From Clostridia bacterium (lineage in GTDB: Bacteria; Bacillota; Clostridia; Saccharofermentanales; UBA5734): DNA of 64,000 bases. Both the position numbers and the translations under genes were made by a program. The notes under the pieces were generated by a model, which was not told the origin of the DNA, made no database searches, and saw nothing but the letters and a program-made list of their open reading frames with translations. Numbering within the stretch: the first letter of the stretch is position 1; the number at the start of each line of letters is the position of its first letter. Shown piece by piece: positions 29,286-38,355 of this stretch. Location of the stretch: contig JAXGZQ010000001.1 of assembly GCA_040776905.1 (NCBI GenBank), positions 1,564,400 to 1,628,399 of the forward strand, in the 5' to 3' direction.

Positions 29286-29507
29286 ATGAAAGAATGTGAG
29301 GAGATGAGCATCATGCCGGGAAGAGATGGAACAGGACCAGCCGGCACTGGCTCGTTTGGCCCGGGTGGCGGACGTGGCCGGCTGGCCGCTGGCCGCGATG
29401 GTCATTGTGTTTGTCCGTCCTGTGGACATCGAAGTGTCCATCAAGTTGGCCAACCATGTACAGAACAGGTCTGCCCGAAATGCGGCAGCAGAATGATTCG
29501 TGAATGA
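29286..29507 (+). CDS. Small zinc-ribbon/DUF5320-like protein
   Basis: MPGRDGTGPAGTGSFGPGGG...CVCPSCGHRSVHQVGQPCTEQVCPKCGSRMIRE. Confidence 0.75.
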   Translation: MKECEEMSIMPGRDGTGPAGTGSFGPGGGRGRLAAGRDGHCVCPSCGHRSVHQVGQPCTEQVCPKCGSRMIRE

Positions 29508-29537
29508 TGAAATGAAACAATAAAGGGAGATGAGTTT

Positions 29538-29852
29538 ATGCCAAGAGGAGATCGAACCGGCCCAATGGGTCAGGGCGCGATGAGTGGACGTGGAATGGGA
29601 TTCTGCGCCGGATATCCGAATCCCGGGTTTACCCGTGGTGGACGAATGGGCGGCTTTGGACGTGGAATGGGACGTGGTTTCGGCCGCGGCTGGTTTCGCG
29701 GCGGTTATGCCGCCGGCTGGCCGGCGTACGGCAATCCGCCCGTGGATGTCCCGGACATCAGTGAAAAGGAAGCGCTGAAGCAGCAATCCGATTATCTGAA
29801 ACAGCAGCTGAAGCAGATTGATGATCGACTGGATCAAATCAAAGAAGACTGA
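29538..29852 (+). CDS. DUF5320 domain protein
   Basis: MPRGDRTGPMGQGAMSGRGMGFCAG..., Gly/Arg/Met-rich, C-terminal coiled coil LKQQSDYLKQQLKQIDDRLDQI. Confidence 0.8.
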   Translation: MPRGDRTGPMGQGAMSGRGMGFCAGYPNPGFTRGGRMGGFGRGMGRGFGRGWFRGGYAAGWPAYGNPPVDVPDISEKEALKQQSDYLKQQLKQIDDRLDQIKED

Positions 29853-29868
29853 TTGATCTCAACAAAAG

Positions 29869-29895
29869 GGAAGCCGGTTTGCCGGCTTCCTTTTT
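29869..29895 (+). terminator. Intrinsic terminator
   Basis: GGAAGCCGG-TTTG-CCGGCTTCC followed by TTTTT. Confidence 0.8.
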
Positions 29896-29950
29896 GTTTG
29901 CCTCCAGCGCAGATTCATCTTATAATGGCGGAAAAACCGGAGGTGATCTG

Positions 29951-30325
29951 ATGTTGGAATATGAGATGCTGGACTGCAAGGTATGGGCTGTCATCGGCGC
30001 GAATGAGAACCCGAAAAAATACGGTAATATGATTTACCGCAAATTGAAGGCAAGGGGCTATAACGTCTACCCTGTCAATCCCCGGTATGAAACCGTCGAC
30101 GGGGATACCTGCTACGCGACGCTTTCTGATCTGCCGGAAGTACCGGATGTGATCAACATGGTAGTCGCTCCGGCGCGTGGAGCCGCGTTCCTGCGTGAAG
30201 CCGCGTCGCTGGGTATTCGCTATGTCTGGCTGCAGCCCGGCACCTATGATGATGACTTGCTGCAATTAATCGAGGAACTCGAACTGACCGCTGTTCAGGC
30301 TTGTGTGCTCGTCGCGACCCGCTGA
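29951..30325 (+). CDS. CoA-binding domain protein (YccU-like)
   Basis: VWAVIGANENPKKYGNMIYRKLKARGYNVYPVNPRYE...VWLQPG. Confidence 0.88.
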   Translation: MLEYEMLDCKVWAVIGANENPKKYGNMIYRKLKARGYNVYPVNPRYETVDGDTCYATLSDLPEVPDVINMVVAPARGAAFLREAASLGIRYVWLQPGTYDDDLLQLIEELELTAVQACVLVATR

Positions 30326-30346
30326 GCAGAAAGCATCACAAATATA

Positions 30347-30384
30347 AGGCGGCGCCTGCCCTGATCAGCAGCGCGCCGCCTTTT
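30347..30384. terminator. Intrinsic terminator between convergent genes
   Basis: GGCGGCGC (30347-30354) pairs with GCGCCGCC (30372-30379), followed by TTTTT. Confidence 0.6.
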
Positions 30385-30416
30385 TCATGTCTGGAATAGT
30401 CCGTGTGCCGGCTCAG

Positions 30417-31046
30417 CTACCACGCGACTTCGCGGGCATGAGCGTCAAACATCGCCAGGCGATATTCACCGGCGCGTTCGCTTCCGGCCTGCTCAAAGCA
30501 GCGGGGCCGCGTCATGAATTCACCGGCATAGTCCAGTCCCTCATCACGGCAGTACAGCCTGAAGCTGAAGCCCTGTGGCCTCAGCTGATGGAACAACAGC
30601 GACATCAGGCGGTTGGTGGCAGCTGCCGCCACACAGAAGCCGGCCCGGTCAGTTCGCTGATTGGCGCCGACACTGCTGTCAGAAGACGTCAGCAAAGCGA
30701 TCTGGCGTGTGGCTGCCGCGCGAAGCAGCGGTAGCAGGGCGTTGAAGATACGGATTGTACCCAGGGCGATCGTGTTATAATCTTCCTGCAGCCGGGCAAA
30801 ATCATCCGCGTTGACCGCGACTCCGGGACAGTGGAGAGGCCGTCCGGCAATGTCGATCACCAGCCGGTCGATCGCTGCGGTCTTCGCCTTGACGACATCA
30901 CGAATCCGGCCAATCTGATCATCACGGGTCAGATCCAGTTCCATACCGTCAAAGAAGAAAACCTGATCGCCACGGTTCTTGAAATAATCGATCAGTGCTG
31001 CATAGGTGCTTTCTTCATAACCGATCAGGACAATTTTCTCTTTCAT
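30417..31046 (-). CDS. Degenerate SDR-fold protein
   Basis: VLIGYEESTYAAL...TSSDSSVGANQRTDRAGFCVAAAATNRLMSLLFHQLRPQGFSFRLY; aligns by eye to the adjacent SDR but lacks YxxxK. Confidence 0.75.
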   Translation of the reverse strand: MKEKIVLIGYEESTYAALIDYFKNRGDQVFFFDGMELDLTRDDQIGRIRDVVKAKTAAIDRLVIDIAGRPLHCPGVAVNADDFARLQEDYNTIALGTIRIFNALLPLLRAAATRQIALLTSSDSSVGANQRTDRAGFCVAAAATNRLMSLLFHQLRPQGFSFRLYCRDEGLDYAGEFMTRPRCFEQAGSERAGEYRLAMFDAHAREVAW

Positions 31047-31062
31047 CTGATAGCGCCTCCGA

Positions 31063-31797
31063 TCAAAATGGCCAGGCCTGGCCTTCATTGTCAAGCAGAG
31101 CCAGACCCCGCTCCCATGGCTTTTCTTCAGTGAACAGCCTGACGGCTGCTTCCGCGGAGCTTTCCGGCGGAACCGTGGCCTTCATGTTCTTTTTCCCGGA
31201 CATATAGCTCTGCAGCCAGCCGGGATGGTAGAGCCGAAAACGGAATCCCTGGCCATCCAGCTCGTTATAAAGCTGGCGGACGCCCATATTCAGCGCCGTT
31301 TTCGACATGCAGTAGCCGGAGAACGCGTCGCGATTGCACATGGCGATGCTGCCGGCTTCAGACGATACAAAGCAGATACGGCGGTCACCGGCCTGCAGCA
31401 GCGGCAGAAAGGCTCTGGCCACGCGCAGCGGACCGACACTGTTGACATTCATCGCGGCGAGGGAGCCTTCAAGATGAATGTCTCCGTCAAGATCGCCTTC
31501 GCCGCGCGCTCCGATTCCAGCGTTATTGATCAGCATGTCCACATGGTCTGTCCGCGTTGAGACTGTGGCAGCTGCCTGGATGACGGATTCATCAGAACCG
31601 GCGTCGAGCGAAACCAGATGAAGCCGTTCGGGAAATCGGGTTCTGAGCGATTCAAGATCGGGCCATTCAGGCATGAACTGGCCGGCAAACACCTGCCAGC
31701 CGAGTTGCAGCAGACGATCGCATAACGCCAGCCCGAGACCGCGATCAGCGCCTGTAACGACAGCATTTTTCATGTCATCAACCTCCAGATGATTCAT
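31063..31797 (-). CDS. SDR family oxidoreductase
   Basis: VTGADRGLGLALCDRL, NNAGIGA, SSEAGS, YCMSKTALNMG. Confidence 0.9.
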   Translation of the reverse strand: MNHLEVDDMKNAVVTGADRGLGLALCDRLLQLGWQVFAGQFMPEWPDLESLRTRFPERLHLVSLDAGSDESVIQAAATVSTRTDHVDMLINNAGIGARGEGDLDGDIHLEGSLAAMNVNSVGPLRVARAFLPLLQAGDRRICFVSSEAGSIAMCNRDAFSGYCMSKTALNMGVRQLYNELDGQGFRFRLYHPGWLQSYMSGKKNMKATVPPESSAEAAVRLFTEEKPWERGLALLDNEGQAWPF

Positions 31798-31943
31798 AGT
31801 CTGACTATAAGCATATCGATCCGCTTCCTATCAGGCAAGTTGATTCAACCAGATATTTACCGGAATTACCCTAAAGATCTTGGACGTTTTTCATTTGATG
31901 GTACAATGGAACATGAGGCCAAAAATATTCTGGAGGTAGCATC

Positions 31944-32924
31944 ATGATTAAAATCGCAGAAGTTTTCCCGCCAAGACGCACCATACTCTGGGATCTGGTA
32001 AAACAGGTCGGCATTGAGCATGTGGTCGGCGGCATGGATCTGAGCCGGGCGCATATGAAAGGCGACCAGGCTCCCTGGAGTTATCTGTCACTGCTGGAAA
32101 TGAAGAACGCCTATGAGAATGGCGGCTTCAAGCTTGAAGTCATCGAGAGCCGTCCGCCTTTGAACAAAGCGAAACTGGGTCTTCCGGGACGTGACGAAGA
32201 AATCGAGAATGCCTGTGAGCTGATCCGCAATATGGGCAAGCTGAACATTCCGGTCTGGTGTTACGAATGGATGCCGGTACTGAACTGGACCCGTACATCA
32301 TCGACGATTCCCGGTCGTGGCGGCGCTCTGGTCACCGGTTATGATCATGAACAGATGCAGAAAGCCCCTCTGACTGAATATGGTGAAGTCAGTGAAGAGA
32401 CCCTGTGGGACAGCCTGCAGTATTTTCTTGACAAAGTCGTTCCGGTGGCGGAAAAAGCCGGCGTTAAACTGGCGATGCATCCGGATGATCCGCCGATTTC
32501 ACCGATGCGCGGTATGGGACGGATCATGAGCAGCATTGAAAATTACCAGCGTCTGCTCGACATGTATCCCAGCCCGGTCAATGGCATCGCGCTGTGCATG
32601 GGCAACTTTACCCTGATGACTGACGATCTGCCGGGCGTCATCCGCCATTTCGGAAAACAGGAAAAAATCTTCTTTGTTCATTTCCGTGATGTCAAAGGGG
32701 ACAAGTATAATTTTCAGGAAGCATTTCATGATGAAGGCAAGACCGATATGCTGGCCTGCATGGAAGCGTATCGTGACATCGGGTATGAAGGGGTCTGCCG
32801 TCCGGACCATGTTCCGACGATGGCGGGCGACAGCAATGACAATCCTTCTTATTCCAATATCGGCCGCCTGTTCGCGATCGGCTATCTGAAAGGGCTGCGT
32901 GAGGCGGTTTATCGCCAGCGCTGA
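31944..32924 (+). CDS. Mannonate dehydratase-like (UxuA family) TIM barrel protein
   Basis: [18 protein letters not shown]...[10 protein letters not shown]...[25 protein letters not shown]...[11 protein letters not shown]. Confidence 0.85.
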   Translation: MIKIAEVFPPRRTILWDLVKQVGIEHVVGGMDLSRAHMKGDQAPWSYLSLLEMKNAYENGGFKLEVIESRPPLNKAKLGLPGRDEEIENACELIRNMGKLNIPVWCYEWMPVLNWTRTSSTIPGRGGALVTGYDHEQMQKAPLTEYGEVSEETLWDSLQYFLDKVVPVAEKAGVKLAMHPDDPPISPMRGMGRIMSSIENYQRLLDMYPSPVNGIALCMGNFTLMTDDLPGVIRHFGKQEKIFFVHFRDVKGDKYNFQEAFHDEGKTDMLACMEAYRDIGYEGVCRPDHVPTMAGDSNDNPSYSNIGRLFAIGYLKGLREAVYRQR

Positions 32925-32938
32925 GGAGGAGTCCGCTG

Positions 32939-34159
32939 ATGAAGCAAAAAGACTATAAAGTCAATGTTGTCCGCTGCGATCACCGCAGCAGCCAGGCTGA
33001 AATTGATTCCGCGCTGCGTGATGTGACCGCTTCGCTGGATCGTTCCTGGGAACAACTGAAAAAAGCAAAGAAAATCGTCATTAAATTCAACGCGGTCTGG
33101 CCGCCGGAGCGGCTGGCCTTCTTTGAGGATACGTATCGTGAGCTGGTTGATCCCCGGGTCATGCTCGGCGTGCTTCGTCTGCTCAAGGAAAAAACGACCG
33201 CCAGACTATCGGTGGTCGACACCACACTGACCGGTGATGAAGTCGATGTCTATTTCAAGCCGATGCTGGAAGAGATGGGCGTGGAATTTGTCAACGGCAG
33301 CAATCAGCCGGTTCAGTGGTATGAGATCAAGGAAGGCGGCCTGATGTTCAACCGCTATCTTCTTTCCTCTCATTTCGCGGATGCCGACGCGGTGGTCTCA
33401 GTGGCAAAAATGAAATCGCATAAATCAACCGGGATTACCCTGTGTACCAAAAATTTCTTTGGTGTCAGCCCGCTGCCGCCGGCCGGACGGCCCCGTTCCT
33501 ATTTTCATCACATGGTCCGGCTGCCCTACTGTATGGTGGACTTCGCGATGATCCTCAAGCCCTGCCTCAATATTGTCGAAGGCCTGACATCACAGACCGG
33601 CAATGAGTGGGGCGGCGAGGGTGTGGTCACCGACCTGCTGATGGCCGGTGATCACGTGACCGCGACGGATGCCTGTGGTGCCCGGCTGATGAACAATGAT
33701 CCGGAAATCGACTGGCCGACACCGCCGTTCCGCCGTGAGCGCAATACCGTGTTTCTGGCGGCAAACAAAGGTTTCGGCACGCTCGACATGGACAAAATTG
33801 ATTTCACCAGCGACGTCAGTGTTCCCGCGGTGACGGCCGGTGTCTTCAATTCGATCGAGACGGATTCGCCTGAAACCATTTTCAGCTGGCGAAAAACCGC
33901 GTCTGAACAGGCACTGTTCTACCGCGATCATCGGGATCAGCTGATCGATCAGTATGAGAACGAGTATATTTTCCTGCAGCGCGGCGAAGTGGTCTGGCAC
34001 GGTAATGACCTGTCACTGCTGCGCAGCCGCCGCGAACTCAGCGGACGGTACAAGACGGAGTCTCTGTTCCTCAAGTTCGTTGATCGTGAAGAGACCGAGC
34101 AGGAAAATTATTCGGTATACGAAAAAGAACTGGACGCGATGACCGCGATGGAGGGCTGA
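32939..34159 (+). CDS. DUF362 domain-containing protein
   Basis: KIVIKFNAVWPP...ADAVVSVAKMKSHKSTGITLCTKNFFGVSP...LNIVEGLTSQTGNEWGG. Confidence 0.75.
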   Translation: MKQKDYKVNVVRCDHRSSQAEIDSALRDVTASLDRSWEQLKKAKKIVIKFNAVWPPERLAFFEDTYRELVDPRVMLGVLRLLKEKTTARLSVVDTTLTGDEVDVYFKPMLEEMGVEFVNGSNQPVQWYEIKEGGLMFNRYLLSSHFADADAVVSVAKMKSHKSTGITLCTKNFFGVSPLPPAGRPRSYFHHMVRLPYCMVDFAMILKPCLNIVEGLTSQTGNEWGGEGVVTDLLMAGDHVTATDACGARLMNNDPEIDWPTPPFRRERNTVFLAANKGFGTLDMDKIDFTSDVSVPAVTAGVFNSIETDSPETIFSWRKTASEQALFYRDHRDQLIDQYENEYIFLQRGEVVWHGNDLSLLRSRRELSGRYKTESLFLKFVDREETEQENYSVYEKELDAMTAMEG

Positions 34160-34201
34160 ATCAGTCTGTCACGCCGTTGACGGCCATAATCGAGGTGAAT
34201 C

Positions 34202-35272
34202 ATGCAAATTCCTGAAACGATGAAAGCGTTAACTGTCCGCCCCGGCCCTGTTTATCAGCTTGAACGCATCCCGACACCCCGTGCCGGTGAGGGCGAGGTC
34301 CTGATTAAGGTTGAGGCCTGCGGAATCTGCGCGGGTGACGTCAAAGCCCGCCAGAAAGCCGGACAGATGTGGGATCGGCCCGATAATCCGGACCATTCGA
34401 TTCCGGGACATGAGTTTTTCGGAACCGTTGTGGAAATCGGTGAGGGAATAACCGCTGTTTCGATTGGCGACCGGGTGATATCGGAGCAGATTGTTCCCTG
34501 CTGGAACTGTCGTTTCTGCAAAACAGGCCATTACTGGATGTGCAGGGAAAGCAATATCTATGGGTTTCGCGGCAATCCCGATGGCGGTATGGCTGAGTAC
34601 ATGATTTTCCCGGCCGGCGCGATTATTCATAAACTGCCGGCCGGCATGCCGATGGAACAGGCTGTGCTGATTGAACCTTATGCCTGTGGCAAGCATTGTG
34701 TCGACCGCAGCAAGGCCGGAAACGAAGATGTTGTGGTACTCTCCGGTGCCGGATGCCTCGGTCTCGGTATGCTGGGCGCACTCAAACTGCGCCAACCGAA
34801 GCAGATCATTGTCCTCGATGTCCGTGACGATCGGTTGGCCAAGGCTAAGGCATTCGGGGCTGATCTGACGATGAACCCGGCCAAAGAACCGGTGGCGGAT
34901 CAGGTGAGAGCACTGACGGATGGATTGGGCTGCGACATCTACATTGAAGCGACCGGCTACCCGCAGAGCGTCGAGCAGGGACTCGATATGATCCGTTCGC
35001 TGGGGACCTTTGTCGAGTTCGGCGTGTTCAATGATAAGGTGACCACTGACTGGACGGTCATCGGCGACCGCAAGGAACTGAACGTTCTGGGATCCCATCT
35101 GGGTCCGTACTGCTATGAACCGGTCATCGAATGGCTGGCAAGCGGCAAGCTGCCGAGTGATGGTGTTGTGACGCACCAGTTCCCGCTGGAACGCTGGGAA
35201 GAGGCCTTTGCCACCGCGCAGAGCGATCCGCAGGCGATCAAAGTGGTTCTGGTTCCAGGCCTGCAGGTGTGA
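34202..35272 (+). CDS. Zinc-dependent alcohol/polyol dehydrogenase (MDR superfamily)
   Basis: GHEFFGTVVEIGEG...GDRVISEQIVPCWNCRFCKTGHYWMC...GAGCLGLG. Confidence 0.9.
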   Translation: MQIPETMKALTVRPGPVYQLERIPTPRAGEGEVLIKVEACGICAGDVKARQKAGQMWDRPDNPDHSIPGHEFFGTVVEIGEGITAVSIGDRVISEQIVPCWNCRFCKTGHYWMCRESNIYGFRGNPDGGMAEYMIFPAGAIIHKLPAGMPMEQAVLIEPYACGKHCVDRSKAGNEDVVVLSGAGCLGLGMLGALKLRQPKQIIVLDVRDDRLAKAKAFGADLTMNPAKEPVADQVRALTDGLGCDIYIEATGYPQSVEQGLDMIRSLGTFVEFGVFNDKVTTDWTVIGDRKELNVLGSHLGPYCYEPVIEWLASGKLPSDGVVTHQFPLERWEEAFATAQSDPQAIKVVLVPGLQV

Positions 35273-35299
35273 TGCCTTGACTTATCCGAAAGAAAGAAA

Positions 35300-35331
35300 G
35301 AGGATCCGGTCTTGACCGGGTCCTCCTTTTC
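35300..35331. terminator. Intrinsic terminator
   Basis: GAGGATCCGGT-CTTG-ACCGGGTCCTC followed by CTTTTT. Confidence 0.8.
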
Positions 35332-35352
35332 AAGATCAGCGCCGCATCGGGC

Positions 35353-36294
35353 TTACTGCCCTGAGACAGTATCAACTGCGGCAAAAATCTGAATCAGCCG
35401 GTTTCTTACATCCGCCGGCAGCGGACCCATCTGGATGTCACGAATATTCTGATGCAGATGATCCGGGTCGCCGGTCCCGCTGAGAATGACATGCAGGTTC
35501 GGTTCAGATACGCAGAAGCGGTATGCCAGTTCAGTGAGAGAAGAACAGTCGGCAGCTTCCATCAAGTCAGACAGAGGCTGTTCGGCATCGGCGACTGAGG
35601 CTTCGATCAAGCCGTCCTCCTTCAGTGACTGCAGCATCGGACGAAGCTGTTCAAAGCTGATCAACGCGCGTCGAACCGCGAACATATCGAGTGTTCCGAT
35701 ATCATGCTCAGCAGCCGGCTGCAGAACCCGCTGCCGTGCCGACTGATTGAGCAGGTTGAATCCGACCATCATCACATCCCAGAACTCATCGCGCGCAGCC
35801 CGGCCCAGAGCCGCATGCCCGGCATCTGACGCGAACCCTTCCGTGATGCCGGTAAAGCGGATTTTTCCCTGTTCTTTCAGTTTGATCAGGGCCGGAACCA
35901 ACTCGCTGACAACATAGTCATAGTCTTCAATCTTGACCGCGTGCAGGTGATAGATGTCAACAAAGTCTGTCTTCAGGCGGACCAGGCTGTCTTCGAGACT
36001 TTGCATGAGGTCCGCGCCGCTCTTGTGCCGATCATTGAGATAGACCCCGCCTTTGGTCGACAGGATGTACTGATCCCGACTGATACCGGACAGGGCCTGA
36101 CCGACCAGAGCCTCCGTCCCATACAGTTCTGAACTGTCAACCAGATTGATACCGTTATCGATGGCCTGGCGGACGATATTGACGCTGTCGGTCTCTGTTT
36201 TGCCGGTTCCCTGGCCGATTCGGCTGAATCCACCGGTTCCCAGGGCGATGACGCTGGAGCGAAGTCCGGTCCTGCCAAGTGTGCGATATAACAT
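35353..36294 (-). CDS. Aldo/keto reductase
   Basis: MLYRTLGRTGLRSSVIALGTGGF...DSSELYGTEALVGQAL...VDIYHLHAV. Confidence 0.9.
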   Translation of the reverse strand: MLYRTLGRTGLRSSVIALGTGGFSRIGQGTGKTETDSVNIVRQAIDNGINLVDSSELYGTEALVGQALSGISRDQYILSTKGGVYLNDRHKSGADLMQSLEDSLVRLKTDFVDIYHLHAVKIEDYDYVVSELVPALIKLKEQGKIRFTGITEGFASDAGHAALGRAARDEFWDVMMVGFNLLNQSARQRVLQPAAEHDIGTLDMFAVRRALISFEQLRPMLQSLKEDGLIEASVADAEQPLSDLMEAADCSSLTELAYRFCVSEPNLHVILSGTGDPDHLHQNIRDIQMGPLPADVRNRLIQIFAAVDTVSGQ

Positions 36295-36406
36295 AGGCTG
36301 CCTCCTGAGGATGTTTCTATATAACGACATAATAACATAGATAATATCATCGATGCGAATCAATCAGACTGGTCAGCATGCCGGCGAAGGCCGCCGGTCC
36401 TGTTGG

Positions 36407-36436
36407 TTGCATGTCGGTGCCGACTCATGCTAAAAT
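36407..36436 (+). promoter_or_regulatory. Putative sigma-70 promoter of the ABC-F leader
   Basis: TTGCAT (36407-36412), 18-bp spacer, TAAAAT (36431-36436). Confidence 0.5.
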
Positions 36437-36479
36437 CTGACTGGAATCAAACAGATCTCACACAAGAAAGGGAAGCGCA

Positions 36480-36497
36480 ATGAAGAAAATTCGCTGA
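36480..36497 (+). CDS. Putative 5-aa leader peptide MKKIR
   Basis: ATGAAGAAAATTCGCTGA preceded by the SD-like AAGGGAAG, about 225 nt upstream of the ABC-F gene. Confidence 0.4.
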   Translation: MKKIR

Positions 36498-36598
36498 TTT
36501 TTTCCAAACGCCGGACACTCGGGCTGGATGAGACTGTCTTTACGGACTGTCCTGTTCCAGATCATCTGACATAAGTCTGATGATGATCCCCATGTCCT

Positions 36599-36721
36599 GC
36601 CGGAAACAGCGAAGCATCTGATTGTTCCCCTGCGCACAGCCAAGCGATGCCCGAAGGGCTGACACGGCTGGCCCGGCCAATCTCCTGATGATCGGTTTCC
36701 GGCGATCCCGGAGGTTTTTTT
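36599..36721 (+). promoter_or_regulatory. Attenuator-like terminator/anti-terminator overlapping the ABC-F ribosome-binding site
   Basis: Terminator-like CTCC...GATCG-GTTTCCGG-CGATC..GGAG followed by GTTTTTTT (36682-36721). Alternative 9-bp pair GCCGGAAAC (36599-36607) with GTTTCCGGC (36695-36703). Confidence 0.5.
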
Positions 36722-38284
36722 ATGGCGGTACTGCAGGCCCTTCAACTCAGTAAATCATTTCCCGATAATGAACTTTTTCACGATCTGACATTCAGTCTGG
36801 AGCGGCATGAACGAGTCGGTCTGGTTGGAATCAATGGCAGCGGCAAGACGACATTGCTGCGAATTCTGGCTGGTCTGGAACCGCCCGACAGCGGTCGTAT
36901 TCAATTCAGCAAAGGCAGCTTGACCGGGTTGATGCGTCAGGATCCGGATCCCCGCCAGGATGCGGCGATGATCATCGAAAGCAGCACGGACCCGGCAGGC
37001 GCAGCCCTACTTTACCAGACCGGACTGCCTGTTATGCCACTGGATCAGCCGGATCGCCTCTCGGGCGGAGAACGGACGCGCCTTGCCCTGAGCCGCTGTC
37101 TGACAGCCGGGTATGATATTCTGCTGCTTGACGAACCAACGGCGAATCTTGATTTTGGCGGTATCCGCCAGACGATTCAGCTGATCAATACTTATCCGGG
37201 CAGTCTGGTGATCGTCTCGCATGACCGCTATTTTCTGGATGAGACGGTTTCGCGCATCATCGAACTGGAGCATGGTGTTCTGACCAGCTATGAAGGCAAT
37301 TACACGGATTATCGTGCCGAGAAAAAACACCAGTACGAAGCCAGTCTGCATCGCTACCAGTCATCTGTGCGCGAAGAATCGAGGTTGGAGGCCTCTATCC
37401 AGGTGATTCAGCAGCGGGCAGAGAAATCCCACCGGCTATCGACGGCCAAGGACAGCAGCGGCCTGAAAATGGGCCTGAAGGAGGGGAAACGGGTGAGAGC
37501 CCGCAAACTGGACCGGCAGGCGAAAAATGATATCAGGCGGCTGGAACGACAGCGGCAGGGCCGGGAGGCTAAACCGAAAGCAGAGCGCAGGCTGCAATTT
37601 GAGATCGCGTCGGCCGGTCCGCTCGGGCATCGGATCATCGAAGCCAATGATCTGGCGAAGGGCTATCAAGGACGCAGGCTATTTGCGGACAGTCGTTTTT
37701 ATGTCAGCCGGGGTGAGAAAATCGCGGTCTTCGGACCAAATGGCTGCGGCAAGACGACCTTGGTCCGAATGATTCAGGGGCTTGAACATCCAGACGAAGG
37801 GACCTTGTGGCTGAGTGGTTCAGCCCGGATTTTCTACTTGAATCAACAGACGGATGATCTGCCTGAACGACAGACGCTTTCAGAGTACCTGCTGACGATT
37901 GTCCCGAAACTGGACGGTCACGTGCGGGCGGTGATCGACCAGATCGGATTCTCTCAATCTCAACTGGAACAGCGTCTGGGCAGCCTGAGCATGGGTGAGC
38001 AGATGAAAGTCCGCCTGCTGGAGGCGATCCTCAGTCAGAGCGATCTGCTGATTTTGGATGAACCGACGAATTTTCTCGATCTGCATGCACGTGAGACCCT
38101 TGAGGACGCATTGACGGACTATGGCGGAACGGTTCTGATCGTCTCGCATGATCTCTATCTGCTGCGTCAGATCTGTGATAAAGTTCTCTTATTTGAACAG
38201 GGTAAAATCAAACGGATTGAAGACAGCTTCGCGGAATATTCCGATAAACGAATGCTCAATCCCGGTGACCGGATGTCACCTTAA
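36722..38284 (+). CDS. ABC-F family ATPase, resembling antibiotic-target-protection subgroup
   Basis: Two ABC domains without TMs (GINGSGKTTLLRIL/LSGGERTRLALSR and GPNGCGKTTLVRMI/LSMGEQMKVRLLEAIL) with a long basic interdomain linker. Confidence 0.85.
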   Translation: MAVLQALQLSKSFPDNELFHDLTFSLERHERVGLVGINGSGKTTLLRILAGLEPPDSGRIQFSKGSLTGLMRQDPDPRQDAAMIIESSTDPAGAALLYQTGLPVMPLDQPDRLSGGERTRLALSRCLTAGYDILLLDEPTANLDFGGIRQTIQLINTYPGSLVIVSHDRYFLDETVSRIIELEHGVLTSYEGNYTDYRAEKKHQYEASLHRYQSSVREESRLEASIQVIQQRAEKSHRLSTAKDSSGLKMGLKEGKRVRARKLDRQAKNDIRRLERQRQGREAKPKAERRLQFEIASAGPLGHRIIEANDLAKGYQGRRLFADSRFYVSRGEKIAVFGPNGCGKTTLVRMIQGLEHPDEGTLWLSGSARIFYLNQQTDDLPERQTLSEYLLTIVPKLDGHVRAVIDQIGFSQSQLEQRLGSLSMGEQMKVRLLEAILSQSDLLILDEPTNFLDLHARETLEDALTDYGGTVLIVSHDLYLLRQICDKVLLFEQGKIKRIEDSFAEYSDKRMLNPGDRMSP

Positions 38285-38355
38285 CTTGCACCGCATTAAC
38301 GCCGGATAACAGAAAAGGGTATACTAATCATATCAGGAAATGGGGGATCAGAGAA

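Noticed and set aside
34229-35176. 315-aa minus-strand ORF antisense to the zinc dehydrogenase
   Set aside because: Shadow ORF with no domain signal.
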